Below, one piece after another: positions 1 through 9,473 of a stretch of DNA of 64,000 nucleotides (position 1 is its first letter; the number at the start of each line of letters is the position of its first letter). The position numbers and the translations under genes were made by a program. This stretch comes from a virus (Duplodnaviria; Caudoviricetes), in IMG/VR virus record IMGVR_UViG_3300017911_001939, positions 32,001 through 96,000 of that record. One strand, given 5' to 3'. The notes under the pieces were generated by a model. It made no database searches and was not told the DNA's origin. It was given only the letters and a program-made list of their open reading frames with translations.

Positions 1-525
1 AATGCGTTCATCATCGGTTACGACAGAGATACATGCTTCTTTGATAAGTGCAAAGATTGCATCAGTCGCAGTCGCTGCTTCTGATAAATCGATGTTTTGC
101 ATATCGACAAACTTTGGCACTGCCATTTCAATATGAATGCTATCCGTCAATTCTAATGTCTTTTTTGGATATACGCCATTCATTTCGATATCGTCAATTG
201 CAATTTGCACATCATTTGCTGTATCACAGTTATAACACTTATATGACAAATCAATTGTTTCACCGACACTTTTTGATCTGATCTTCAAGAACAAATATTC
301 TACATCAGCGCCAGTTAATTTTGTTGTATCAAATCCTTCTTCAATGCAAGATTTAATAATATCAAGTACTGCATGTGAAATTTGCTTTGGCTCTTCAGAT
401 TCCAATGCAATTAACAGTACCTTCTCTTCTTTGACTAAGAACGGTCGAAACCGTGTTTCTTCGCCAGTCGAAGGGATAGTGACGTCGTACTTTGGTACGG
501 CACCACTCAGTTTTGGTAAAGCCAT
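1..525 (-). CDS. gp26: T4 gp26-like baseplate hub assembly protein (3' end outside window)
   Basis: Not in ORF track because it runs off the edge. Reverse strand from 525 reads MALPKLSGAVPKYDVTIPSTGEETRFRPFLVKEEKVLL, the typical gp26 N-terminus; AGGAG SD upstream. Confidence 0.85.
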   Translation of the reverse strand, partial: MALPKLSGAVPKYDVTIPSTGEETRFRPFLVKEEKVLLIALESEEPKQISHAVLDIIKSCIEEGFDTTKLTGADVEYLFLKIRSKSVGETIDLSYKCYNCDTANDVQIAIDDIEMNGVYPKKTLELTDSIHIEMAVPKFVDMQNIDLSEAATATDAIFALIKEACISVVTDDERI

Positions 526-534
526 AATTTACTC

Positions 535-1134
535 CTAAAAATTAAAACCAAACGACAACCCGCCTTTGGCTGTCTCCCAATTTGTATAAGACAACTGAAC
601 TGTCGTCTCTACATATGCATCCTGTTCATTGTTAAATTCAACCGAATTAATCGTAGTAGGAAATGCATCAATCAGATTTACTACGTACACTGATTGTGCT
701 ATATCAATTCCGCCAACTCTACTTGCAATTGCACCAATTGGTAGTGGCATTGCGAGCTGATGGATCTGTACATCTTTTGCGTAATCTTTTTTGTATTTTG
801 CCGTTTCTGTTTCTTCGTCGATAATAAGAGATCTCCACGTATCAAAATACTTTCGAATTGGATATGTACCTGTTTCCATAAAGGTAATCGATACATCATC
901 GATTGCATAACCATATGCAACCTTTTCGAATTCCATACCAATACGTCTATCAACTGTGGTGATCTGTTTGCCTGGTAATGTAGCAGATCGACAAAGAATA
1001 TCCATATTTCTTTGACCAAGAAAACCTGCGATACCTCCACCGCCAAGAGAAGGCAATGTTACCTTAAACCGATTGGTACGAGCTAAGCCACCGCCAAACG
1101 TAATAGATGTTTTAAGCTCAGAAATTGTACTCAT
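535..1134 (-). CDS. gp54: baseplate/tail tube initiator (gp54/gp19 fold)
   Basis: GLARTNRFKV, LCRSATLPG, FDTW, DAFPTTI, VQLSYTNW motifs of the tube-protein fold; position between gp26 and gp2. Confidence 0.7.
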   Translation of the reverse strand: MSTISELKTSITFGGGLARTNRFKVTLPSLGGGGIAGFLGQRNMDILCRSATLPGKQITTVDRRIGMEFEKVAYGYAIDDVSITFMETGTYPIRKYFDTWRSLIIDEETETAKYKKDYAKDVQIHQLAMPLPIGAIASRVGGIDIAQSVYVVNLIDAFPTTINSVEFNNEQDAYVETTVQLSYTNWETAKGGLSFGFNF

Positions 1135-1691
1135 ACCATTTTCCTTGTATCTCTATAGACCTGATTAGCACTTGCTTTATTCCAATCTGCTGTCGGAAGG
1201 AATGTTGCAATCTCCCATTCAGGTTTATCAACCAAAGCAAATCTACTTCTAACATGTTTAAACAAATAGTGTTTCATTGCTGGAGCGATAAACTTCTTTG
1301 GTATTGCACCTTCTTGTGCTAATACTGCATCGAGTACACGAGCTCTCATAACCTGTGGTAGATAATGTAGATTTAAACCATAGAATCCACCAGGTGCAGG
1401 ACCCATCATGATGATGAGTGGAAAGCCATCATAATATGGTAGAGTTTCTTTATGTTTAGGGTCATAGAAGTACATGTACATATTACCTACAGGACCACCG
1501 GTCGTAATAGGTTTGTTACGTAATTCAAGCGATGGATCTTTCATAATCTCATTGCGGCTTTTGACCACACGACCACGATACATCTCTCTCGCTTTTGTTC
1601 TAAACCACTCAATAGACTGCTTTGTCCGCGGTGTGATCCCAGCGCGGAATGCTTCAATCTCGAGTTCTCTAAATAAACTTTCTCCAGCCAT
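1131..1691 (-). CDS. gp2: DNA end protector protein
   Basis: MYFYDPKHKETLPYYDGFPLI and GLNLHYLP motifs. Confidence 0.92.
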   Translation of the reverse strand: MAGESLFRELEIEAFRAGITPRTKQSIEWFRTKAREMYRGRVVKSRNEIMKDPSLELRNKPITTGGPVGNMYMYFYDPKHKETLPYYDGFPLIIMMGPAPGGFYGLNLHYLPQVMRARVLDAVLAQEGAIPKKFIAPAMKHYLFKHVRSRFALVDKPEWEIATFLPTADWNKASANQVYRDTRKMV

Positions 1692-1696
1692 GAGAC

Positions 1697-1704
1697 TATT
1701 TATA
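1697..1704 (-). promoter_or_regulatory. T4-type late promoter TATAAATA for gp2-gp54-gp26
   Basis: TATTTATA on + strand, 5 nt upstream of gp2 ATG. Confidence 0.85.
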
Positions 1705-1705
1705 A

Positions 1706-2203
1706 TTATTTTCTACGCTTTTTGCGATATGGCTTGAGAGGCTTGAGTTTACCTGGTACCTTCTTCAATGGCTTAGTCATAATACCCATCGAATACAATG
1801 TTTCTTCGGTCCAAATCTGAAACTCCCACTTACGGTCTTTGCAAAAACTATTAGCAGCTTCCCACTTATTCATATTCTTGACATAAGTCAAGCCTTCGTT
1901 GATATACTGTTTGGTTTTTCTTGCGCCTTTTGGTGGTTCTGTTTCTTTTTTGGGTTTGATTTCGACGAGGATTGTTTTGTCTTCAAAGACAATTTTGAGG
2001 TCGGGATAATAGCGGTGATAGCGTTTGTCAACTTCATAGAGGTATGGTATCACGATCTCTTCTGAAGACCATGCTTTTACTTTCGGGTTAGAATCGCACC
2101 ACTTAAACGTGTCCCGTTCCCACAGAGAACGGAAGATTACGTTCGTATGATCGCCTTTGTACTTCTTCGGATTGAGTACAGTGTATCGTCCAGAATATGC
2201 CAT
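1706..2203 (-). CDS. gp4: head completion nuclease (TnsA-like)
   Basis: MAYSGRY..NPKKYKGD, RSLWE, WSSEE, RYYPD, VEIKP, KWEAA; start trimmed to MAYSG. Confidence 0.92.
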   Translation of the reverse strand: MAYSGRYTVLNPKKYKGDHTNVIFRSLWERDTFKWCDSNPKVKAWSSEEIVIPYLYEVDKRYHRYYPDLKIVFEDKTILVEIKPKKETEPPKGARKTKQYINEGLTYVKNMNKWEAANSFCKDRKWEFQIWTEETLYSMGIMTKPLKKVPGKLKPLKPYRKKRRK

Positions 2204-2209
2204 TTTGTA

Positions 2210-2217
2210 TATAAATA
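2210..2217 (+). promoter_or_regulatory. late promoter for the baseplate operon
   Basis: TATAAATA upstream of gp48. Confidence 0.85.
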
Positions 2218-2252
2218 GTTCCAAATTACTTTATATCTATAAGGATAAAAAC

Positions 2253-3344
2253 ATGACTATGGGTAAAAGCGGAAGAGGGAATTATAAATTTCCTATAGAT
2301 CTTGATAGTAAACAAAAAGGTTCTCGCATTTCGTTTCAAGCAATTCATGTTGAAGCGCCATCTATTACTGCCCGTTTTCTATCTAAAAAAGAATATGAGC
2401 AAAGACGTGCAGAAATTGCCGAGCTCGGCGCAAGCGGTGATAGAGCTTTAGCAAGTGCAGCATCAGCGCAATTAGAAAAAGACAATCAAGGATCTGGATT
2501 CCAAGGTGGTGTACAATCTACTAAATTTCATCGCATTGCTGGTGAAATATGTAATCTATATTTACCGGTATCTTTTCAAGTAAACGATGGCTTTGGTTAT
2601 CAACAAGCAAACCTAAATAATATTGGTGCTGCAGCTGCTGGTGCTCTTAATTCTGGTGAAAGCGTATTAGGTGCTACATTAGAAAATGCTATGCAAACAG
2701 GACAATCTGTATTAGATTTCTTTACAGGTGCAGCTGCTAGTGGTGAAGCCGCAAGACTTGCAGCAGTAAGAGGTATTACGGCTATTCCGCTTGTCGTTCC
2801 TCAAGAAGTAAAATCAGCAGTACAGGTAACAGCTCGTGTTGCTATGAATCCAAATATTCGTACGATGTTTAACGGTGTTGCGGTAAGAGAATTTAACTTT
2901 CAATTTAAATTTATTCCAACATCTGCACAAGAAGCTCAAGAGATTAAAAACATTGTAAACTTCTTTAGATACCATGCATATCCAGAAGAAATTGGTAAAA
3001 CTAAAAACTTTTCTTTGGCATACAACTATCCTAATATGTTTAAAATTGCATTGAAAGCAAAAGGTGCAAATGGTGAAGTAGATATTGGTACACCGATTAA
3101 ATTATGTTATCTTAAATCTATTTCTACTGTTTACAATCCACAGTCTCCAGTGTTACATGAAGATGGATCACCAACAGAAACAGATATCAATTTAACATTC
3201 ACTGAATACAAAGCTCTTAGCAGAACAGATGTGGTCAATCAACATAATCCAATATTGTTTGATCATGAATTGCAGACACCTGCTTCTGAAAAATATTCTA
3301 AAGAGAATGTACAAGGTGTAAGACCAGGCGCGACAGGATTTTAA
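2253..3344 (+). CDS. gp48: baseplate tail tube cap
   Basis: NPNIRTMFNGVAVREFNFQFKFIP, YP..F, CYLKSISTVYNP, LTFTE; start trimmed to the ATG after AAGGA. Confidence 0.85.
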   Translation: MTMGKSGRGNYKFPIDLDSKQKGSRISFQAIHVEAPSITARFLSKKEYEQRRAEIAELGASGDRALASAASAQLEKDNQGSGFQGGVQSTKFHRIAGEICNLYLPVSFQVNDGFGYQQANLNNIGAAAAGALNSGESVLGATLENAMQTGQSVLDFFTGAAASGEAARLAAVRGITAIPLVVPQEVKSAVQVTARVAMNPNIRTMFNGVAVREFNFQFKFIPTSAQEAQEIKNIVNFFRYHAYPEEIGKTKNFSLAYNYPNMFKIALKAKGANGEVDIGTPIKLCYLKSISTVYNPQSPVLHEDGSPTETDINLTFTEYKALSRTDVVNQHNPILFDHELQTPASEKYSKENVQGVRPGATGF

Positions 3345-4076
3345 ATGTCTAATTATTTTGCTCCATTCCCTCGGGTATTATACAATTTTGGTGAAGAAAC
3401 AGATCCAGTTGGATTTGAAAATATTGCCGTATATGCTGACACAGTTGATCAAATTCGTGATGCTGTAACTGCATATCAAAATTATTATATCAGACCAGAT
3501 CAAAGACCTGATCAGGTATCAACAGAATTGTATGGCACACCGATTTATCATTGGACATTTTATCTGATGAATGAACATTTGCGTGAAAGAGGTTGGCCGC
3601 TTTCCGATGGTGCCGCATTTGAGAAAGCCAAAAAAGATTATCACTATCGTGTGCTTACTACAAGAACAAAACTAACAGATCGATTTAAAGTAAATCAAAC
3701 TGTAACTGGTCTCGGTTCTGGTGCTACTGGTAAAATTATTCATAGAAATTTAGATTTAGGCCAATTGTTTATCGATGATGTGGTTGGCACATTTACTGCT
3801 GGCGAATCGATTCAGTCGACAAAGAGTGATGGTACATTAGAAACTATTTCGTTGCATTCTACCGAACTGCAATACAATGCCGCGCATCATTACGAGAATG
3901 CAGATAAAGAGGTTGTTGATATCGATCCGACTGTTGGACCAGGCGCACAACTAACAGAAGTTACGTTTCTCGATGAGCTAATCAAACAAAATAACGTGAT
4001 GAAGCAAATTCGTGTTATTAGAAACGAAATTATTGTAGACGTAGCTGATTCATTTAAGAGAGCGATTGAAGGTTAA
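3345..4076 (+). CDS. gp53: baseplate wedge subunit (LysM-like)
   Basis: YFAPFPRVLY, RPDQVSTELYG..YHW..N, WPLS, HHYE motifs. Confidence 0.88.
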   Translation: MSNYFAPFPRVLYNFGEETDPVGFENIAVYADTVDQIRDAVTAYQNYYIRPDQRPDQVSTELYGTPIYHWTFYLMNEHLRERGWPLSDGAAFEKAKKDYHYRVLTTRTKLTDRFKVNQTVTGLGSGATGKIIHRNLDLGQLFIDDVVGTFTAGESIQSTKSDGTLETISLHSTELQYNAAHHYENADKEVVDIDPTVGPGAQLTEVTFLDELIKQNNVMKQIRVIRNEIIVDVADSFKRAIEG

Positions 4077-5401
4077 TGAATACCTCAGACTATCAACTTA
4101 AAGAAGTACTATTGATTTCTGAAAGACTTGGTAATGATATCGAGTTAAAGAACAATGTGACTGATTTAGACATCTACGAAAGTATGGATAAACCATATTT
4201 GACTGGCCGTCTTTTACTTATGGATAATGAGTTTTTGTATGAGGATGGTGGCATTCTTGGTGGTGAAAGAATGCAAATCACCATCGAAAGTTTAAGAGGC
4301 GAGCAAGGTGAAACTGGTGTTGATGTTAAACCAATTACAAAAGTATTTTATATCGATAGAATTACAAATAATATTAAAGTACAAGATGATACATCAGTAT
4401 TGGTAATCGAACTTATCGAAGATGTATATTATCATTCTAGCTTACAAAATATCAATCGCTTTTATCAAGGTAAAATAACAGATATCGCTACAAAGATTTC
4501 TGATAATTTTTTGAATAAAACTTTAGAATCGTCTGTATCTTCTCGAGAGAATTATAAATTAATCGTACCAAATATGCATCCGCTTGATGCATTGACTTGG
4601 CTTTGTCATAGAGCACAAACTACTGAAGGATTTTTCCCTTTCTATTTGTTCTCTACATTTGCTAAAGAAGAATTGTTTATGATGGATTTAGAGACGATGC
4701 TTACTGCAGGTCCAATCAATCCCGATGATCCATTTGCATATGGCTCATTTGCAGAACAAGAAGCAGCTTCGTTTGGTAAAAAAAGAAATATCAAAGCATT
4801 TTCTTTGGCCGAAGCCGATGATATGTTGACTAAAATTAGAAAAGGTATCGTAGGATCTAACTATCAATATATCGATGCTGCTGACGAATCTGTTAATGAA
4901 TTTGAATTCGATGTAAAAATAGATATGTTCGATAGATTAAAAAATGATTATGATTTGATTAAAGAACCTAATTATTCTTCAAGATACGAATACGAAAACA
5001 AATCTTTTAATCAACATCGCGCGCGCTTGATTTCACAAATCGGTGGTGCATATGCATATCGTGAAAGTGATGCCGAAGATTTCGATTTGTCTCTTGGTGA
5101 ATCTCGTAGTTTGGCAGAATATAAAACTAAGATTAGCTCAAGATCTATGGATAATTTTCTTAAATCAAACTCATTATCGTTTGTTGTAGATGGTGTAGAT
5201 TTTATTGATGGTAATAAGCATTCTACTATTGGTACATTACTACAACTTATTATTCCTTCGACATCACCTGGCCATGAGACACACCACGTCGATGAAAGAT
5301 TGAGCGGTGATTATTTGATTTACAATGCAAAACATAGTTTCTCAAAAGAAGCATATGTACTTACACTTAACGGTGTAAAGATAAATGGATATAGCGCATG
5401 A
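4076..5401 (+). CDS. baseplate hub protein (gp27-like)
   Basis: DIYESMDKPYLTG at N-terminus and LSGDYLI..KHSF at C-terminus; sits between gp53 and gp5. Confidence 0.6.
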   Translation: MNTSDYQLKEVLLISERLGNDIELKNNVTDLDIYESMDKPYLTGRLLLMDNEFLYEDGGILGGERMQITIESLRGEQGETGVDVKPITKVFYIDRITNNIKVQDDTSVLVIELIEDVYYHSSLQNINRFYQGKITDIATKISDNFLNKTLESSVSSRENYKLIVPNMHPLDALTWLCHRAQTTEGFFPFYLFSTFAKEELFMMDLETMLTAGPINPDDPFAYGSFAEQEAASFGKKRNIKAFSLAEADDMLTKIRKGIVGSNYQYIDAADESVNEFEFDVKIDMFDRLKNDYDLIKEPNYSSRYEYENKSFNQHRARLISQIGGAYAYRESDAEDFDLSLGESRSLAEYKTKISSRSMDNFLKSNSLSFVVDGVDFIDGNKHSTIGTLLQLIIPSTSPGHETHHVDERLSGDYLIYNAKHSFSKEAYVLTLNGVKINGYSA

Positions 5402-6174
5402 CACCCGAACAATATCAAGATTTTTATGGAGATCAAACTCGTTGGTTTATCGGTAAAGTAGTAAGTATCGAAGATCCGATGCAGTTAGGCCGTATTCGTG
5501 TAAGGATTCATGGTATTCATACCGATAATACTCAGGAAATTCCTGATGACGGTTTACCATGGGCCCAAACTATAGTACCAATTACAGAAGGAGGTACAAA
5601 TGGACTTGGAAATATTACAGGCATTCAACCAAATGCACGCGTATTTGGCATCTTCCTCGATGGAGCCAACAGCCAACTCCCACTCATTCTTGGAAGCTTG
5701 CCAAAACTTGAAGAATCATCTGCCGGAGGCAGAAGTACGGATCAGCGAATTCGTGGCGGCGATGATGGAAAAAATTCACTCACCATTACTAAAAAACCAA
5801 ATTCAAACATTGGGGAACCAGATGACCCATATGCTGCAGTCTATCCAAACAATGCAGTGCATCGAACCCCAAGTGGCCACGTAATTGAATTAGACGATAC
5901 AGAAGACGCAGAACGTATTCACATCTATCATAGATCAGGTACACATATAGAAATGCATCCAAACGGTGATGTTGTGACCCATCATAAGAATGGATTTCGT
6001 ACTGTAACCGGTAATGATAAGTTAGAAGTAACAGAGAATATGGAAATCAAAGTTGGTAAGGATCTTAAGATTACAGTTGGTGGTAACATGACTCAGACCG
6101 TGACAGGAAATGAAACTGTCACTGTTGGTAAAGATCAGACAGTCACAACTGGAGGCAAGATCTTCTTGAACTAA
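5398..6174 (+). CDS. gp5: baseplate central spike, short form with no lysozyme domain
   Basis: OB-fold WFIGKVVSIEDPMQLGRIRVRIHG..LPWA; YP.N..TPSGHVIELDDT..ERIH; C-terminal V-G-x-D/N beta-helix repeats. Confidence 0.92.
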   Translation: MTPEQYQDFYGDQTRWFIGKVVSIEDPMQLGRIRVRIHGIHTDNTQEIPDDGLPWAQTIVPITEGGTNGLGNITGIQPNARVFGIFLDGANSQLPLILGSLPKLEESSAGGRSTDQRIRGGDDGKNSLTITKKPNSNIGEPDDPYAAVYPNNAVHRTPSGHVIELDDTEDAERIHIYHRSGTHIEMHPNGDVVTHHKNGFRTVTGNDKLEVTENMEIKVGKDLKITVGGNMTQTVTGNETVTVGKDQTVTTGGKIFLN

Positions 6175-6175
6175 T

Positions 6176-7183
6176 ATGCCAGGTGTAACACGTAAGGGAA
6201 CAGATTCACATGTAGGGCATGCAAGTCCAACACCTAATCCATTTCATAAGACTGCTTATGCTGCTGGATCAGGCAATGTGATAGTCAATGATGCAAGTGC
6301 AGTTCGTGTTGGTGATGCTACCTCGTGTGGTGATCCTGCCGTTGCAGGTTCTGCCAAAGTTGTAGTCAATGGAAAAAATGTGCACCGTAAAGGTGATGCA
6401 ACGGGTGGTCATGCATCATGGGTACCAAATTCATCTGCAGGTGGTTCAAGTAATGTAATTGCTGGTGATGGTAAAGCGCTCTCGTTTGGTGAGAACGAAG
6501 TCTATAATTCTCCTGCTGTCACATATCCTACTCGTATCTTACCTAAACTAACTGCAGCAGAAGTTCCACCAGAACATCCACGTAATTCAGAACAACAAGA
6601 TCCTGCTACAGAATCAGAGCCAACACCTCAATGCGGTGAGATTCCACAAAGAAATCCCTATGATGTGGCAGCCGAAGCATTGTCTTTAGGTGATGCCGCA
6701 TGGAGAGAAACAGGTTCGAATCCAAATATTACTGCATTATGGGACGAGATTGGATATCAAGGTTCTGCATATGCCGATGAAACTGCATGGTGTGCAGTTT
6801 TTGTTGGTGCAGTATTAAAACGAAGCGGCAATGAATTTATTCAGACAGCATCATCACAAGCATATCGTGGTTATGGTAAAGAAGTACAAATTGAAGATAT
6901 GCAGAAAGGTGACATCATTGTATTTTATCGTAAAGGCAGAAATTCTGGTTATGGTCATGTTGGCTTTGCAACCGGTGGATATACGTCTTCTACTATCGAA
7001 GTACTAGGCGGAAATCAAAGTAATAGTCTAAACGTAAAAACATTTCAGCGTAGAAACGATGCCAAAGGATGGGGTATCAGAACTATACGCAGAGCAATAT
7101 CTTGTGAAGACGGAGATACAGCACCTCCAGAGGCAACAGGTGCAACATTATCTTCGGTTGGAGCGGGTGATCAGGTCACATAA
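6176..7183 (+). CDS. PAAR spike-tip protein fused to a TIGR02594/CHAP-like cysteine peptidase
   Basis: N-terminal PAAR repeats (RKGTDSH, RVGDATSCG, HRKGDATGGH); Pro-rich linker; C-terminal DETAWCAVFV / GHVGF / LGGNQ. Confidence 0.82.
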   Translation: MPGVTRKGTDSHVGHASPTPNPFHKTAYAAGSGNVIVNDASAVRVGDATSCGDPAVAGSAKVVVNGKNVHRKGDATGGHASWVPNSSAGGSSNVIAGDGKALSFGENEVYNSPAVTYPTRILPKLTAAEVPPEHPRNSEQQDPATESEPTPQCGEIPQRNPYDVAAEALSLGDAAWRETGSNPNITALWDEIGYQGSAYADETAWCAVFVGAVLKRSGNEFIQTASSQAYRGYGKEVQIEDMQKGDIIVFYRKGRNSGYGHVGFATGGYTSSTIEVLGGNQSNSLNVKTFQRRNDAKGWGIRTIRRAISCEDGDTAPPEATGATLSSVGAGDQVT

Positions 7184-7187
7184 GTGG

Positions 7188-7195
7188 TATAAATA
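7188..7195 (+). promoter_or_regulatory. late promoter for gp25
   Basis: TATAAATA 5 nt upstream of ATG 7201. Confidence 0.85.
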
Positions 7196-7200
7196 AGAGC

Positions 7201-7641
7201 ATGGCAAGAGTATTTTCACAAGAAGACGGGAATCTAAATACAGCTCCCATTATTACGTCAAGAAAGGTAGCATATTCTGACGTAGACTTGACATTTGCGA
7301 AAAAGTCGAGTGGAGATGTATTTAAAAAATCTGATGCGGCATCTGTAAAGCAAGCCGTAAAGAATTTACTATTAACTAATAATGGAGAAAAACCATTTCA
7401 GCCACTTTTTGGTGGTGATTTAAATAGATTTTTATTTGATTTAGATACAGAATTTGACGAGTCAGAAATCGTTGACCAAATTGGCACAACTATTGCTAAC
7501 TATGAACCACGTGCCTTGTTTATGGGTGCCAAAGCTAAATTAAATCCTGATCAAAATAGTGTTGCTATTACTGTTAGATTTCAAGTAGTAAGCACGTTCG
7601 AAGTAGTAGACTTAAATGTTTCATTAACGAGGTTGAGATAA
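7201..7641 (+). CDS. gp25: baseplate wedge subunit
   Basis: YSDVDLTF, SVKQAVKNLLLT..GEKPFQP.FG, YEPR. Confidence 0.93.
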   Translation: MARVFSQEDGNLNTAPIITSRKVAYSDVDLTFAKKSSGDVFKKSDAASVKQAVKNLLLTNNGEKPFQPLFGGDLNRFLFDLDTEFDESEIVDQIGTTIANYEPRALFMGAKAKLNPDQNSVAITVRFQVVSTFEVVDLNVSLTRLR

Positions 7642-9473
7642 TGGCAGTCATTAAATCATCTGATCTTGATTTTGACAATATCAAGACCAATTTAAAAACG
7701 TATTTAAAGCAAAGTTCTGAGTTTGCCGATTATGATTTTGAGGCTTCAGGCTTATCAAATATTCTCGACGTATTGGCATATAATACGCACATTAACGGCC
7801 TCATTGCAAATATGGCTATTAATGAATCGTTTTTAAGTTCGGCACAATTAAGATCTTCTGCAGTATCTCATGCCGAAACGCTTGGTTATTATCCTCGTTC
7901 TAAAACAGGTTCTACGGCAACTGTTACGCTAAAAGCTGCAACCTCTGATACAACCACTGTGTCAGCAACTCTTCCTGCATATTCTTCATTTACCGCTAAT
8001 GTTGATGACGTATCTTATACATTCCAAACTACCGAAGCTTATACTGCATCAAATGATGGTAGTGGTAACTTTACATTTAAAACTACGGCAGGTAGTGACA
8101 ATATTATTATTAAAGAAGGTTCGCTTAAAACTAAAAACTTTATTGTGGGTGATACAGCAGATAATCAGGTCTATGTGATTCCTGATGAAAATATCGACAC
8201 ATCTACGATTGTTGTAAAAGTTTACGATACTACAACTAGTTCAACATTTACAACATACACAGATATTCAAAAGCAAGTTCGAATCAATACTACTTCGACA
8301 GTATTCATTGTGCGTGAAGTACCAAATGGCTATTTCGAACTGACATTCTCTGATGGTAATGTTCTTGGTAAATCGCCAGTTGCTGGCAATAAAATCGAAG
8401 TAACATATCTTCAAGTAAAAGGTGCAGTAGCTAATAATGCTACATCATTTGTGGCTGATAATAAAGTTACAGTTGGTGGCGTACAATATACACTGACTAC
8501 CACAAAAGTTGCTAACTCTGGTGGTGGCGCAGACAAAGAAACAATCTCGTCTATTAAGGCGAATGCACCTGTTGCCTTTGCTACTCAACAGCGTCTGGTA
8601 ACAGCTGAAGATTATAAAGCTTTGATCCTACAAAGATACTCATCGACAGTAGAAGATGTGATTGCATGGGGTGGTAACGATAATGTTCCTGCTACATATG
8701 GTAATGTATACGTCGCATTGAAGTTCAAAACAGGTGTTACAGCTGCTACACAGACTACCGTAAAAGATTCAATTAAATCAAATTTAGCAAATAACCTTGG
8801 TATCATGTCAATCGATACAATATTTTCTGATCCTCTCGATACATTCCTTGAGATTGCTACAACATTTAACTTTGATCCAGATTTGACGGGCGATACGGTT
8901 GATACTACACAGACAAATGCCCAAAATACTGTAAACAACTTCTTTACAGATAACCTTAATAAGTTTGGTGCAATCTTTAGAAAATCTCAATTGCTTACAA
9001 AAATTGATGCACTTTCTCCTGCGATTTTGAATACACAGCAATCGATTAAAGTACAACAAAGATTTAAGCCTACTCTTAATTCAAACACAAACGCAGATGT
9101 TAATTTCCCTGTCACATTGGCTACAGCAGATGATGTAAATTATCGAGTGACTACGACTAACTTCACTATGCTGGCTCAGAAGTGTTTTATTAGAAACACG
9201 CTAAAGAGTACGAAACTTGAGCTAATCAATGCAGAAACAAATGATGTAATTAGAGATAACATTGGATCGTATAATCCTGCGACAGGTGTTATTAGTTTTG
9301 TTGGGTTGAATGTAAGTGCATTCGAGGGTGAAAATATTAAAGTATCGGTAACACCTGCCGATGAAAATACAATCAAGCCATTAAGAAATTATATTCTGAA
9401 GGTTGATACTTCTAAGTCGTCTGCAAACGGCGTTACTGACTTCCAGAACACAGCGGTTACATTGAGCACATAA
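7641..9473 (+). CDS. gp6: baseplate wedge subunit
   Basis: LDFDNIK, FADYDFEASGL..LDVLAYNTH, ESFLSSAQLRSS, QQRLVTAEDY. Confidence 0.95.
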   Translation: MAVIKSSDLDFDNIKTNLKTYLKQSSEFADYDFEASGLSNILDVLAYNTHINGLIANMAINESFLSSAQLRSSAVSHAETLGYYPRSKTGSTATVTLKAATSDTTTVSATLPAYSSFTANVDDVSYTFQTTEAYTASNDGSGNFTFKTTAGSDNIIIKEGSLKTKNFIVGDTADNQVYVIPDENIDTSTIVVKVYDTTTSSTFTTYTDIQKQVRINTTSTVFIVREVPNGYFELTFSDGNVLGKSPVAGNKIEVTYLQVKGAVANNATSFVADNKVTVGGVQYTLTTTKVANSGGGADKETISSIKANAPVAFATQQRLVTAEDYKALILQRYSSTVEDVIAWGGNDNVPATYGNVYVALKFKTGVTAATQTTVKDSIKSNLANNLGIMSIDTIFSDPLDTFLEIATTFNFDPDLTGDTVDTTQTNAQNTVNNFFTDNLNKFGAIFRKSQLLTKIDALSPAILNTQQSIKVQQRFKPTLNSNTNADVNFPVTLATADDVNYRVTTTNFTMLAQKCFIRNTLKSTKLELINAETNDVIRDNIGSYNPATGVISFVGLNVSAFEGENIKVSVTPADENTIKPLRNYILKVDTSKSSANGVTDFQNTAVTLST

